64,000 nucleotides of DNA, from assembly GCA_965112735.1 (NCBI GenBank), contig OZ218963.1, positions 1,550,001-1,614,000 on the forward strand, given 5' to 3'. This DNA comes from Phaeosaccion multiseriatum. Taxonomy: Eukaryota; Protista; Ochrophyta, other classes. Positions 29,713 to 40,754 of the stretch are shown here, piece after piece; the stretch's first letter is position 1, and every line of letters starts with the position of its first letter. Below the pieces are notes generated by a model that did not search any database, was not told the origin of the DNA, and saw nothing but the letters and a program-made list of their open reading frames with translations. The translations under genes were made by a program, and so were the position numbers.

Positions 29713-29929
29713 TGGAAGGCCTCAGATGAGATGGGCCATAAGTCAATGGCCCAGGCCCAGGCAGACGCGGTGAGAACGGGTGGCGTGGCTCTCACTATCC
29801 TATGTGCGAAGGTGGTCGTTTAGGACTAGCATGCGATAAGTTAATAGAGGCAAGGCTGGCTGCTAGGCTGGCTTTGGGGTTGCTGTTACCTTGTCCGTGT
29901 GTCTAGTTCTATCCTATCTGTAGGCGACA
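29713..29929 (+). mobile_element. 5'-clipped solo LTR related to both the Gypsy 3' LTR and the solo LTR at 1472-1696
   Basis: Start matches 29482-29519. The body matches the reverse complement of 1500-1672. Ends GACA. Confidence 0.75.
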
Positions 29930-29931
29930 GC

Positions 29932-30170
29932 GCCATCACAAAAACGAACATGGCTTATTTTTGTGAAATAGGCTTTAATTAAGGATTTTGCTAAAGAAGG
30001 CTTAAATTAAGCCCAAAAACCTTAAAAAATTTGGGGGTCTCTCACAGAATTAGGCCTTAAATTAGGAAAAAGGCCTTAATTAAGGACTTTGCTAAATAAG
30101 GCTCAAATTAAGCCCAAGGACCTTTAAAGTCTGCGGCCCTCCCTTCTAAAATAAGGCCTTAATTTAGAGA
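29932..30170. repeat. AT-rich dispersed repeat, second copy
   Basis: GCCATCACAAAAACGAA start and TTAAATTAAG-type reiterations as at 1793. Confidence 0.5.
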
Positions 30171-30419
30171 CAGCCGTTTGCTGCCTGTGTGCCCAAGGGG
30201 GTCTACATGGTACGAATAAAATATTCATATCTAGGCACATACAGTATCGTTTACATGTGTGTGGTAGGGAAGTTGCCGCCGCGGACAGAGGCCGGCTGGG
30301 GAAGGCTGGGAGCGAGAGGGCAGACGCACATGGGGGAGGAAAGCAGGCAGGCAGGGAGAGTAGGGAACAGGGAAAGACTGACTGCGAAAGATGCCGGAGG
30401 GGGAGGGGGGGGGGGGAGA

Positions 30420-31200
30420 TTCTCTTCTCCTGCCCCCATCCTTGCGTCCGCGGGCCTGGAGCTGCAGTCCGTGCTTGCCCATGTAATCATGTATGCTGCG
30501 GTCTAGCGCTTGGCCCTGCTCTGCCTTGCGCACGCTTCAGAGGTGGTGCAGAAGCCAAGGTTGTCCAACGGCATTCCCACGGCAAACGGCAGGTGTGTAC
30601 CGACGAGAGTGTAGCCTGTCCGCTCTTCTCCCACCCTCTTCCTTCCTTTCGCCTCCTTCCCACTTCCGTCTTCTTCCCTCTCCTCTTCTTTCTTGCTTCC
30701 GCCGCCCGGTAGCTACTCAATGAGACGGGGAGATAGATGGAAGGGTTAAATGTATGAGCTCTTCTCCTGCCCTTCCCCCGCGCCACGGCGGGCCTGAAGC
30801 TGCTAACTGTGCTTATCCGTGTACCCATGTATGCTATGGTCTTGTGCTTGCCCCTGCTCTGCCTTGTGTACGCTTCAGGGGACGGTCCAGAACCCAAGGT
30901 AGTCCAACGGCACACCGACGGCAAACAGGTGTGTACCGACCAGAGTGCCACCTGTCCGCTCTTCTCCCACCCTCTTCCTTCCTTTTGTCTCCTTCCCGCT
31001 CCCCTCTTCTTCCCTCTCCTCTTGTTTCTTGCTTCCGCCGCCCGGTAGCTACTCAATGAGAGGGGGAGGTAGATGGAGGGGTCGTGATGTGTGAGCTTCT
31101 CCTGCCCCTCCCCCGCGCCGCAGCGGGCCTAAATCTGCTAGCCGTGCTTACCCATGTGCCCATGTATGCTATGGTCTTGCGCTTGCCCCTGCTCTGCCTC
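30420..31200. repeat. Diverged tandem repeat, ~335-bp unit, about 2.3 copies
   Basis: CTTCTCCTGCCC recurs near 30424, 30761 and 31096. CTTGCTTCCGCCGCCCGGTAGCTACTCAATGAG recurs near 30692 and 31028. Confidence 0.8.
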
Positions 31201-31499
31201 TTCGCTCGCCTTGGCTAACCCCCAGGAGATGTTCTCTGAGTCCTTCGTTCTCCGCGGCGATGCTCTTCCAGACGAGTCCTTCCTGCCCGACGCTTCCATT
31301 GCAGCACATGCGACGGCCCGCGAGCCACGCCTGCGGACACTGTGGCTCAATATTCTGCGCTCCACGGCACCCGCGCGGTGGACTAGCCCTAGTAAGGTCT
31401 TTGGAGCTCCCACAGACAGGGCTGATGTGTACTCTCCGTACGCCCAAGCGGTTATCCTTCTCACTATGGACAAGGTGAGCGCTCCTCTGAGGATACGCG

Positions 31500-32092
31500 T
31501 TCTGTCTGTCTCCATCGGCCAGCCTGTCTGGCTTTCTGGCTGTGGGTCTCTTCTGTCTGCCTGTCTGTGTCTCTGCCTGTCTCTCTCTCCCTCTGTCTGT
31601 CTGTCCATCTCTCTGTATTGTGTGTCTGTCTGTCCCTCTGTCTGTCTCTCTGTCCCTCTGTCTGTCTGTCCATTTCTCTGTATTGTGTGTCTGTCTGTCT
31701 CTCTGTCTGTCCCTCTGTCTGTCTGTTGTATTGTGTGTCTGTCTGTCCCTCTGTCTGTCTGTCCATTTCTCTGTATTGTGTGTCTGTCTGTCTCTCTGTC
31801 TGTCCCTCTGTCTGTCTGTCCATCTGTCTGTCTCTCTGTCCCTCTGTCTGTCTGTCCATCTCTCTGTATTGTGTGTCTGTCTCTCTGTCTGTCTCTCTGT
31901 CTGTCCCTCTGTCTGTCTGTCCATCTCTCTGTCTGTCTGTCTGTCCATCTCTCTGTATTGTGTGTCTGTCTGTCTCTCTGTCTGTCCCTCTGTCTGTCTG
32001 TCCATCTCTCTGTATTGTGTGTCTGTCTGTCTCTCTGTCTGTCCCTCTGTCTGTCTGTCTGTCTGTCCATCTCTCTGTCTCTCTGTCCCTCT
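31500..32092. repeat. Complex (TCTG)n-based micro/minisatellite
   Basis: Reiterated TCTG, CCATCTCTCTGTATTGTGTG and TGTCCCTC blocks. Confidence 0.95.
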
Positions 32093-33554
32093 TGTGGAGT
32101 CGTGCACTGAAAGGATGACTACCAATAGCAATAGACCCTACCTGCACATAGCAGGAGGTCAGTCGCTATCCACCAGAGGTGGAACACTCGTGAGAAAACG
32201 AAAGGACGAGAGATGAAGTAATATTTTAGGAGATGGAAAGAACTAAAAGGAAACTGAAACTGAACGAAGAAACTGAAACTATGAACTGACGACATTTGTG
32301 AGCATACCTCCACAGTCCCCCCTTTGAAAGCATGTGTGCATACGCAGACATGATAAGGAAAGAGAAAGAGATGAACACAAATAGGAGAGAAGGAAGTAAG
32401 GAAAAGAGGGAATCCACACAGACTGGCTACACCGACTTGGGAACAGAACAGATGGAGGGAAAAGCTGCCTCACACAAGGGGGAGGGAAAAAGCGGCCACA
32501 CAAACAGTCCAGAAACACCAGAGAGTAGAGAGAATTAGCCCTAGCTACACCGACTTGGGAACAGAACAGATGGAGGGAAAAGCTGCCTCACACAAGGGGG
32601 AGGGAAAAAGCGGCCTCACAAACAGTCTAGAAACACCAGAGGGTAGGGAGAATTATTTCAGGGCACATTGGTACTCAGAAGGTATAGGAAAGAGTCCGAG
32701 GGAAACAGAAGAAGATTAGAAGTGAGGAGAGTAACGGTCACGGAGAAAGGTGACAGTACGTTCCGACGCCTGACGCGGAGGGCCGGTGGCGCCGTCTTTG
32801 ATGTGCTGCGTCGCTGCTGCCTTACCAAGGGCCTCTTGGATATTAATGCCGAGCTCCTTCAGGGTGGCGCGGCCCACGGTAACCAACTTGGTCATGTCGT
32901 TATCCGTGATGGCATAGCTGATCTTGGGCACCAAGAGAGGGCCCTGGAAGGTGTGAAGAATGAGGTCCAAAGGTGGAGTACGCCGCTTGTAGGAAAACAT
33001 GTTGGGGCTTGAGGCCGGCAGCGAGGCCTCCGCTGATTGCAGAAGCTGTGCCTTCTACCCATTCGTCCGCACTCTCGTTGTAGACCACGGCGAGCTGCCC
33101 ACATTTATCCAGCGCCGAAAAGAGCTGCACAATCTGCTGCTGGCATCGATCCACTGCGGCCGCTCTCTGACTGGGATCGGCCAAAAAAGGCTGGATGTAG
33201 ACCTCGATGCTGGAAGAGCCTACCGCGGGTGGTGTACAGCCTACCACCGGGTGTTGTAGTGGCGAGACGGACATTGGTCGCCGCTGAAATTGGAAAGTGT
33301 ATGAAATGTACTATCCGGTAATAACTAGTTATTGTGGAGTCGTGCACTGAAAGGATGACTACCAATAGCAATAGACCCTACCTGCACATAGCAGGAGGTC
33401 AGTCGCTATCCACCAGAGGTGGAACACTCGTGAGAAAACGAAAGGACGAGAGATGAAGTAATATTTTAGGAGATGGAAAGAACTAAAAGGAAACTGAAAC
33501 TGAACGAAGAAACTGAAACTATGAACTGACGACATTTGTGAGCATACCTCCACA
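32093..33554 (-). mobile_element. Internally deleted non-autonomous LTR element (family B), identical 222-bp LTRs
   Basis: LTRs 32093-32314 and 33333-33554, PPT AAAGGGGGA before the 3' LTR, gag start (33274) joined to a protease-like tail (VGRATLKELGINI), ~118-bp tandem duplication at 32426-32655. No TSD. Confidence 0.9.
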
Positions 33555-33970
33555 GGGTGCTGGTATCATCGTCGTCGTCGTCGTGGTCGTTGTCATCTTC
33601 ATGGCCTTCACCCTCCCCGCCCGCGGGACGTTTCGCCCCCACATCAACACCACCCCCCGCCACGCTCACAACCTTCGCCGCCAGCTGGCGCTCGTTGTTC
33701 TGTTCCTCGTGTTGCCTCTTCTTCTGGTTCTTCTTGGCTGCTCTAGCATCTCCGCCCTTCAGCGACTGCATGTATTCCAAAGATGTCAGGAACTCCTGTT
33801 TCTCGCTGTCTTCGAGCGAGGAATCTCGGACCAAGGTCATGGCGTCTTCGGTGGCTTCAGCAGACTTCAGCATCGTGTTCATTCTGTTCTGCATGTTCTT
33901 TGCTGAGATTTCCTGAGTGTATCCGAGAGGGATGGAGAGAGGAGGGGATGGGGCGCGGGGTGGGGGGAAA

Positions 33971-34003
<33 letters not shown>

Positions 34004-34362
34004 TGAGAATCCAGACCAAGTAGAGGTGGGAGGGAGGAAACCAGGGCGTCGTCGAATCGTTCCTTCGCCATTAGTTTTTTCTCCCCCCTCTCTCCCTCCC
34101 GCTCTGTCCCGGCTTTCATCTGGCTTCATACCTTCGTGTAGAGGAAAATTGGTGCGCTGTTGAGGGCTGTAGCGATGTCTTCGTAGAGAGCGCTGTCTTT
34201 TCGTCTCTCGCTCTTTTGTTTGCCATCATTCTTCTTGTGGCTCTTAGCCACTTGAATTACAAACGCGGCCAGAACGCCTGGAGCTCTCCAGTTCGCCTGC
34301 TTCAAAGCAGCATCTCCGTCTCCTGCTGCTCCTCCTGCTCGTCCATTTCCTTTAGACGTCAT
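33555..34362 (-). pseudogene. Myb/SANT-like (trihelix) DNA-binding protein gene, two exons, truncated by LTR; possibly a PIF/Harbinger accessory ORF
   Basis: A GT-AG intron at 34131-33913 gives LYEDIATALNSAPIFLYTK|EISAKNMQNRMNTMLK followed by a charged coiled coil. Confidence 0.5.
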
Positions 34363-36454
34363 GGTCGGAGGAGAAGGAGGGCGGGATACTGAGCCCGTGT
34401 CGTCAGTGGGAGTGCCATGGCTGGCTCTCTGCCTCCCTGGGTAGGATTCAACCGATTGATGGGGATGATGGGATGTCCATTCTCAACAAAAGCGACGACC
34501 ACCATCGTGAATAACAACAGCTTTTACGTAAGAGTACGTAGTTTTTATCTGGGAAAGGACAGACACTCTCCCAACTTCGCAAGTGCTCTACGATCGGGAT
34601 TCCCGGTCCTCAATCGGCTCGGGAAAACGATTGAGGAAAGGGATTTGGGAAAAAAATCGCAGACACCCTAATGGAAAAACTTGTGAGTGTGTGGTTATTT
34701 TTTCAACGAAGAGTCGTAGCGGCCGCTGGTTCGATTACCATCGGGGCCGGGGAGGGGGATACACTTTCGGCCAAGTCGTAGGTGCCTCACAAGACGCACG
34801 GAGTGGGCCCTCAGGTGGACCCAACACCTCGTAGATGGCACTCTATTGATTGATAACGTACTCACCTAGCATGCTGACGGAAGGTGTGGCTTCCGAACAT
34901 AGGCTTGACGATGAGGGTAAAGCCGCTCCCGGTTGTAGACGTAGTTCGTCTTCAATAAATTGTGTCAGCCTGGACAATTTAAGACATGGAATATGGAATG
35001 CAGACAATGGGGGAAGAACGAGGTGGTGCAGAGGATGTGCAAGCGGGAACAATGGGCACGAGCGGGAGTTGTATTAGCGGGGAGTGACTTGAGGCAGTGG
35101 GGTTGTGAGTCACTTACCATCGTTTTCTCGGGGCTTACCTGGATCAACTCCATCTCTAATGGCCTTGATGCTGACCACTGCTTGGAGATGTTTCTTCCTC
35201 TGGGAGTATAGCAACAACTAGAATCAGATCATGCAAAAAGGCCGCATCCTCGCTCCCCCGCGGAAGTTTGCGCGTCCTTCCTTACCATTCTGACTCCCTT
35301 CTCCATCGCGCACGCGCCAGAGTTACAATGCTTTGCCATGAGGGCGACGAAGGGTCTCCAGCAACTCGACTGGGCAGTGATAAGTGCACCGACTCGTAAT
35401 TCCCTTTTGGCCCAACGCCGGCCAAGTACGAGTTCTTCGCCGATGCTCTTGCCGCAGTGGCCCTTGCTGTTGCTGATAACAAGGGCCTTGCCGCCGCCCC
35501 GGGCTTCAATTCTGTCTTGTCGTTTTCTTCTTGCTTTCTGCAGGCCCAGTAGCCTTTGCGGGGGCAAGAAGGGGGTCACACGTCTGCCACATCCTGGTCG
35601 CTCTTCGCCTCTGCCGTCAACAAAAGGAAGAGGCTCCGATCCATTCCCATGTAGTGAGCCGTAATCCTGGCATGGATCTCCCCCTTCTTGCCGCCGGTGG
35701 TCAATCAAAGCGAGCGGGCCGTAGCCTGTGGATAAGCTTAGGAGTTTGAAGGGTGCAGGGTCTTCTCCTGGTGCTCATCTTGGTCGTTGCTGGCCGCGTG
35801 CGGGTGATGCGAGTTGATAAAATTCTCATTCTCTTTGATTTCCTGCCAGCCTTAAGTTTTAAGTTTCAATATCCCTAAACCGCAAATTTAAGACCCACTA
35901 AAGTGGGTCTACAACTTTGGAGGCCCAAAAGCAGGTGATCCCGTCGGAGATGACCCATGCATCTCTCGTACAAAATGAAAGAACAAGATGTCCTTAGTCG
36001 GTATAGAAAGTTGTGCGGGTAACGGGGGACGAGAAGAGGCCATTTGGGATGAAGGAAAATGCTCAGTCAAAATTGTGGCTAAGACCCACTTTAATGGGTC
36101 TTAGCGGCTAAGACCCACTAAAGTGGGTCTTAGCGGGTGGGTTTCTAGGGGCTGTATATGAGTATTGGTGCCCTCCCAGAGGCCCTAGTGTGGCTCACGG
36201 GAGCGGTGAGAAGTGTTCGTAACATACAAGACCGCTCCCCTCCACCCCCATGGTCACATCACAACAAATGGCGTGCACAGGTGCACCACACGTCTTGCAC
36301 TTGTGGTTTCTCTCTTCCACCATGGGCATACGGCACGCTTGCCCGCCACCTGCGGCCGCACACGCGTGTGGCCCTCCCGTTGTACATGCTCCTCCACCTC
36401 CACTCTTGTTCCCCCTTCGTGCTGGCCCGGCTCTGCTGTGCGGTCGTCGCGAGC

Positions 36455-36754
36455 TGTTAGAAGTCGTACTTTTGCTAGACTGATACCTGCCCTCTGAATT
36501 CAGACCGGGAGGTATCAGTCTAGCAAAAGTACGACTTCTAACAAGGCTAGTTGTGAGTTCGAACCTTAGCTGTCGCTTGTGAAAAAGCGTATTTTTCGGC
36601 GAAAACTGTTACCAGCTTGCTGGCCCATGATGCTGATTCTCAGACTGCGAGTTACTTCTCTCCACTATGTGCGGTGGGGGGGGGGGGTTCGTCTTCTAGC
36701 AACGGTCTTGTTAGAAGTCGTACTTTTGCTAGACTGATACCTGCCCTCTGAATT
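36455..36754. mobile_element. P1 element: full 89-bp palindrome, 165-bp internal segment, half palindrome
   Basis: P 36455-36543, X 36544-36708, half P from 36709 ending at the GAATT symmetry centre. Confidence 0.9.
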
Positions 36755-37439
36755 TTCGAATCCTCCCTGAAGTACTCGTGCGAGAGCGTCGCGGCCTCCT
36801 TCTGCCGCCGCCGTGGCTGTCTCGAACTCGCCTTCTTCCCTACATGCCGACCAGCAACCCCCTCTGCTGGCTGCTTTGCCACCACTGCTCCTTCCGCTGC
36901 GGCCCTCATGCCGCTGGACCCGACTCCACTGCTGCCCCTCGGCGGATGCGCTCTGTCGCGTGATGCCGCTGCCGCCCCTGCACCGTCTCCTCCCCTCCCG
37001 CGCCTCTCATCTCCTCCCGCAGAATATCTCCTCCTCGTCCCCTGAGCCTTGCTTGTTCCGTCCGCCCCCCTTCTTCCTTCTCCACCACTACCACTGCAAT
37101 TGCTCGAGACAGATCCGCCGTCCCCCCCTCCTGCGCAGTCTTCTCCTCCGCGACCACCAGTGCGTCCTCCGCTGCCCCCTCCTAAGCGGCGGTGGGCAAG
37201 CGCGTGATGGTGGGGGCTTCCTCCAGTGCCACTGTCCCCCCCCCCGACGTCGTCGAGCGGGTATGGCTGTGTCTCCTGGGCGCCCCCACCTGTGCCCTCC
37301 CTCCCTGACCTGCGCCTGCCGCAGGAGCGCTGTGCCGTCGGTTGGCTCCTCCTCCGCCTCCTCCTCCACTCGCTCCACCCACCCGCTTTTCCCTGAAGTA
37401 GTAGAGTGCCCTCTCTGGACGGCACATCCCGCAGCTCCA

Positions 37440-40320
37440 GCGAGTCGCTTGCGGGTGTGCCATCTCCGGAAGCACGCCTCCTCTCCTTTGGAGTTAGAGA
37501 CGCAGAGGTACACTCGACATGTGGGACAGCGATACCAAGACCGTTGTTCTTGGCAGTACTGGCTGGCAACGAGGACTCTGCTTGGGCACGCCGTCCGCCC
37601 CCGCCCTGTGCGACATGCTCTGCGGGATGTGGTCGAGGGAGCGGTTGAGTCTGAATGCACAGCCTTCTCCGCCCTCGTCGAAGTACGGTATCCTGTACCT
37701 CGCAGGGGGGGCACAGATGCGCGAGTCCCGCGGCGCCCTTCCGGCCGAGCGGCCCTCCTTCCTCGAGCTGCTGTTATCCTCCTCATTGACTGCTGACTGA
37801 GCAACACCCTGCTGCCTACCCCCTGCCTTCCCGTCCTCTGGACTTGGCGTGCCTTCCTGAGCTTCCTCCAACAGCTGGAACCCCGCGGCGTAGGCGAAGT
37901 CCGCCAGGCTGCAGACTCTGTTGAGCTGACGGCGGTGTCCATTCATCCCACGGTATTGGCCTTTTTGGAGATGCTCAGCGCCGACCTTACGCATGCGGAA
38001 GGCGAGGAAGGCGTTGGTGCTGAGGCTCTGCAGTGTCGAAAGCACCACTCTCTGCTGCCACGTTGCGCGTTGGTTCTCCTTCGTTATCACTTGACGCTAT
38101 TGCGTGTGGCCGTCCACCCCCCCCCTTTGTCCGGGAGTACACAAGACTTCTTGTACGCCGTACGCTCGAACTCGCCAACCAAGCTCGTAAGATCGCGTGC
38201 GCCTACCCAGGCGCCCTGCTTGGACACCGCCAGACGAAAGGAAGGGTGAAGAGAGGAGGAGGGGGAGAGGAGTGTGGGTGTTGGGCGCGTGGTTGGGGCG
38301 GTGGACGGCAGCAGGCACGGACTGGGTGTAAAGGAAGTCCCAACAGCGGATGCGGACAAGTCGGAGTGTTAGAAGTCGTACTTTTGCTAGACTGATACCT
38401 GCCCTCTGAATTCAGACCGGGAGGTATCAGTCTAGCAAAAGTACGACTTCTAACAAGACCGTTGCTAGAAGACGAACCCCCCCCCCCCACCGCACATAGT
38501 GGAGAGAAGTAACTCGCAGTCTGAGAATCAGCATCATGGGCCAGCAAGCTGGTAACAGTTTTCGCCGAAAAATACGCTTTTTCACAAGCGACAGCTAAGG
38601 TTCGAACTCACAACTAGCCTTGTTAGAAGTCGTACTTTTGCTAGACTGATACCTGCCCTCTGAATAAAATAATAAATAAATATTATTATTTTATTCAGAG
38701 GGCAGGTATCAGTCTAGCAAAAGTACGACTTCTAACAAGGCTAGTTGTGAGTTCGAACCTTAGCTGTCGCTTGTGAAAAAGCGTATTTTTCGGCGAAAAC
38801 TGTTACCAGCTTGCTGGCCCATGATGCTGATTCTCAGACTGCGAGTTACTTCTCTCCACTATGTGCGGTGGGGGGGGGGGGTTCGTCTTCTAGCAACGGT
38901 CTTGTTAGAAGTCGTACTTTTGCTAGACTGATACCTCCCGGTCTGAATTCAGAGGGCAGGTATCAGTCTAGCAAAAGTACGACTTCTAACAGGAGGAAAC
39001 ACTGACTACGGCTGTTCCACTACAACCTCCCACGCGCACCATCCTTCCTACTCACCTGATGGTCCTGCAGCGGCATGGGAGAGTACGGCAGGAGGTACCC
39101 CATGATCTCATTGAATCGGTCCACTGTAAGGGGCGTCAGGCCCAAGCGCTCCATTATGTCCACGTCCATCTTGAGTGACTTGCTGCTCGTAGACGTAATC
39201 AGGAACATCCCCATCCACTGCTCCATCTCCTTTGTCGTCACGTCCGCCCTTTCCTTCGGCCCCTCGCCCGTCCTCCCCCCTGCTGCCTCCGAGTCGTTTA
39301 AGTGAATACTTTCGTTCGCCCACTCCCTCAGGAGACGCACCGCATCGCCGACAAAGAAGCGAATAGCGTCCGCCTCCGAGGATGGATAAATTCTTTGCCC
39401 GCATGTAAATCCTGAGTTTGTTCACGACACTGGCAGAGACCAACCTATACCTCTCTTCGATGAAGTCTTCCCCAACACTTTCCCCCTGCTGGAGCTGCAG
39501 ATTGAATTTCGTGCCAGCACGGCCAGGCTTCACGAGTCTTTTCCATCCATGCGCCGGGCCCTTCTCCTCTGCCCAACCATCGGCCAGCCCTTGCCTCCGC
39601 GTCGCTCCTCGCCCTCGCCCAGCTGCTGCCACTCCACCTCCTCTGCCTCGTCCTCCTCGGCCTCTTCCTCTGCTCGATCCGGGGCCTTGTAACCCTCCGG
39701 CGAAGACTGGGCCATTGGTCCTTAAGCCCCCATTCGGTTGACCACTTCCTGCCTCCCGTTCTGTGCTCATGTTCACACCACCTCCTCCTCCTCTTCCCTT
39801 CCCTCCTGCGCCTCTACTACTTCCCGCCAAATTCGCGACGCTAGCAGGCGCCGCAGATGGTGCGATACCAGTCGCACTGCCACTTGCACTGTCCTGCCTA
39901 AGGTGATGGCCAGACAGAGGCTGCAGTGTGGCGCTCCAGTTCTCCTTGTCTGTGAGCTGCATTCCCGTATCAGCACCAGAGTCAAAGAACCGTGGGCCGC
40001 CTGCTGCCGAGGCCGCCCCCCCGCCGAGTTGAGCTGAGACTGGTGGTGCGGCTCCTTCTTTCCCCGCCATCTTCGTCGACGTACTCGCTGTCATAGTACC
40101 GTCTACTTTGGGGTTAGCTGCACACGCCGACACACTCATTCTTCTCTTGCTCTGGTCTCCCCCCTGTCCTGGTTGCTGCGGTTCTGCTGACCCACTATCG
40201 GCCACATTTCCATCCTTAAACCTGGAATTCTCCTTCCGTTTCCTCTGTCCCCTCCTTATGTGTGACGGCGAAGGCTCCTGAGCCATCTTGCGCTGCTGTG
40301 TGCCCGTCTGCATGGCATTT
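37440..40320 (-). pseudogene. piggyBac-type transposase pseudogene with intron (39055-38216); most of the catalytic core is missing
   Basis: VTTKEMEQWMGMFL…DRFNEIM, KGGVD-like segment near 38110-38130, WQQRVVL…NAFLAF, C-terminal Cys-rich domain RSWYRCPTCRVYLC…CFRRWH. Several frameshifts. Confidence 0.75.
38367..38991. mobile_element. Head-to-head P1 dimer forming a 625-bp palindrome, TSD GGAG
   Basis: P 38367-38455, inverted X 38456-38620, central P with AT filler 38621-38737, X 38738-38902, P 38903-38991. GGAG at 38363-38366 and 38992-38995. Confidence 0.92.
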
Positions 40321-40754
40321 GCCGACCTCTCCGTGAAGACGCGGGAAGGAGCTATGCCCGGAGCGGAACGAGCGTATGTGCTACAATCGGTGTCTTCACC
40401 AACCGAAGCTCTCGCAGAAGTTACAGAGTGATCTTGACTACCTTCTGTAAAGAGCTGGAGTGTTGATACGTCTGCAACAAGGAGAGAGATGCCCTGAAAC
40501 AAGAGGCAAAAAAAGGCGCTAAGACCCACTTTAGTGGGTCTTAAAATTAATTTTCCCGAAAGTCGATGACCTCTAAAACCCACTTGGGGAGGTTTTCGCG
40601 GTTTAGGGATATCGCATCGATTTTCTGATCTAAATCGATGCGATTGTGGAAGTGGCCATAAGCGGTAGAGGAGACGAAATGCGTATCATTTTTTTTCCTC
40701 GCCAACACAAGCCAGGCGGGATGGGATGAGGAAGAGCGAGAAGCTTACTGTCGA

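Larger units (their letters stand above)
35873..40608 (-). mobile_element. piggyBac-like DNA transposon, internally deleted, 11-bp TIR CCCTAAACCGC, ATAT TSD
   Basis: ATAT|CCCTAAACCGC at 35869-35883 and GCGGTTTAGGG|ATAT at 40598-40612. Subterminal palindromes AAGACCCACTWWAGTGGGTCT near 35890, 36081, 36110 and 40521. Transposase fragments inside. Confidence 0.85.

Noticed and set aside
31138-32216. Several overlapping 180-320-aa ORFs
   Set aside because: Artefacts of the TCTG microsatellite, open in most frames.
32250-32295. Hammerhead ribozyme (CTGACGA and GAAA motifs in the family-B LTR)
   Set aside because: No supporting stems in any of the three topologies.
34400-35860. Short ORFs between the Myb-like gene and the piggyBac element
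   Set aside because: No recognisable motifs or consistent exon structure, so left unannotated.
36495-36501. EcoRI (and AclI in P2) sites at palindrome centres as ligation artefacts
   Set aside because: Any even palindrome has such a centre. TSDs, restored ORFs and diverged copies indicate biological insertions.
38367-38991. CRISPR-like repeat/spacer pattern of the 34-bp P1 arm
   Set aside because: Repeats alternate in orientation, the intervening sequences are copies of each other, no cas genes are present, and the block has a TSD.
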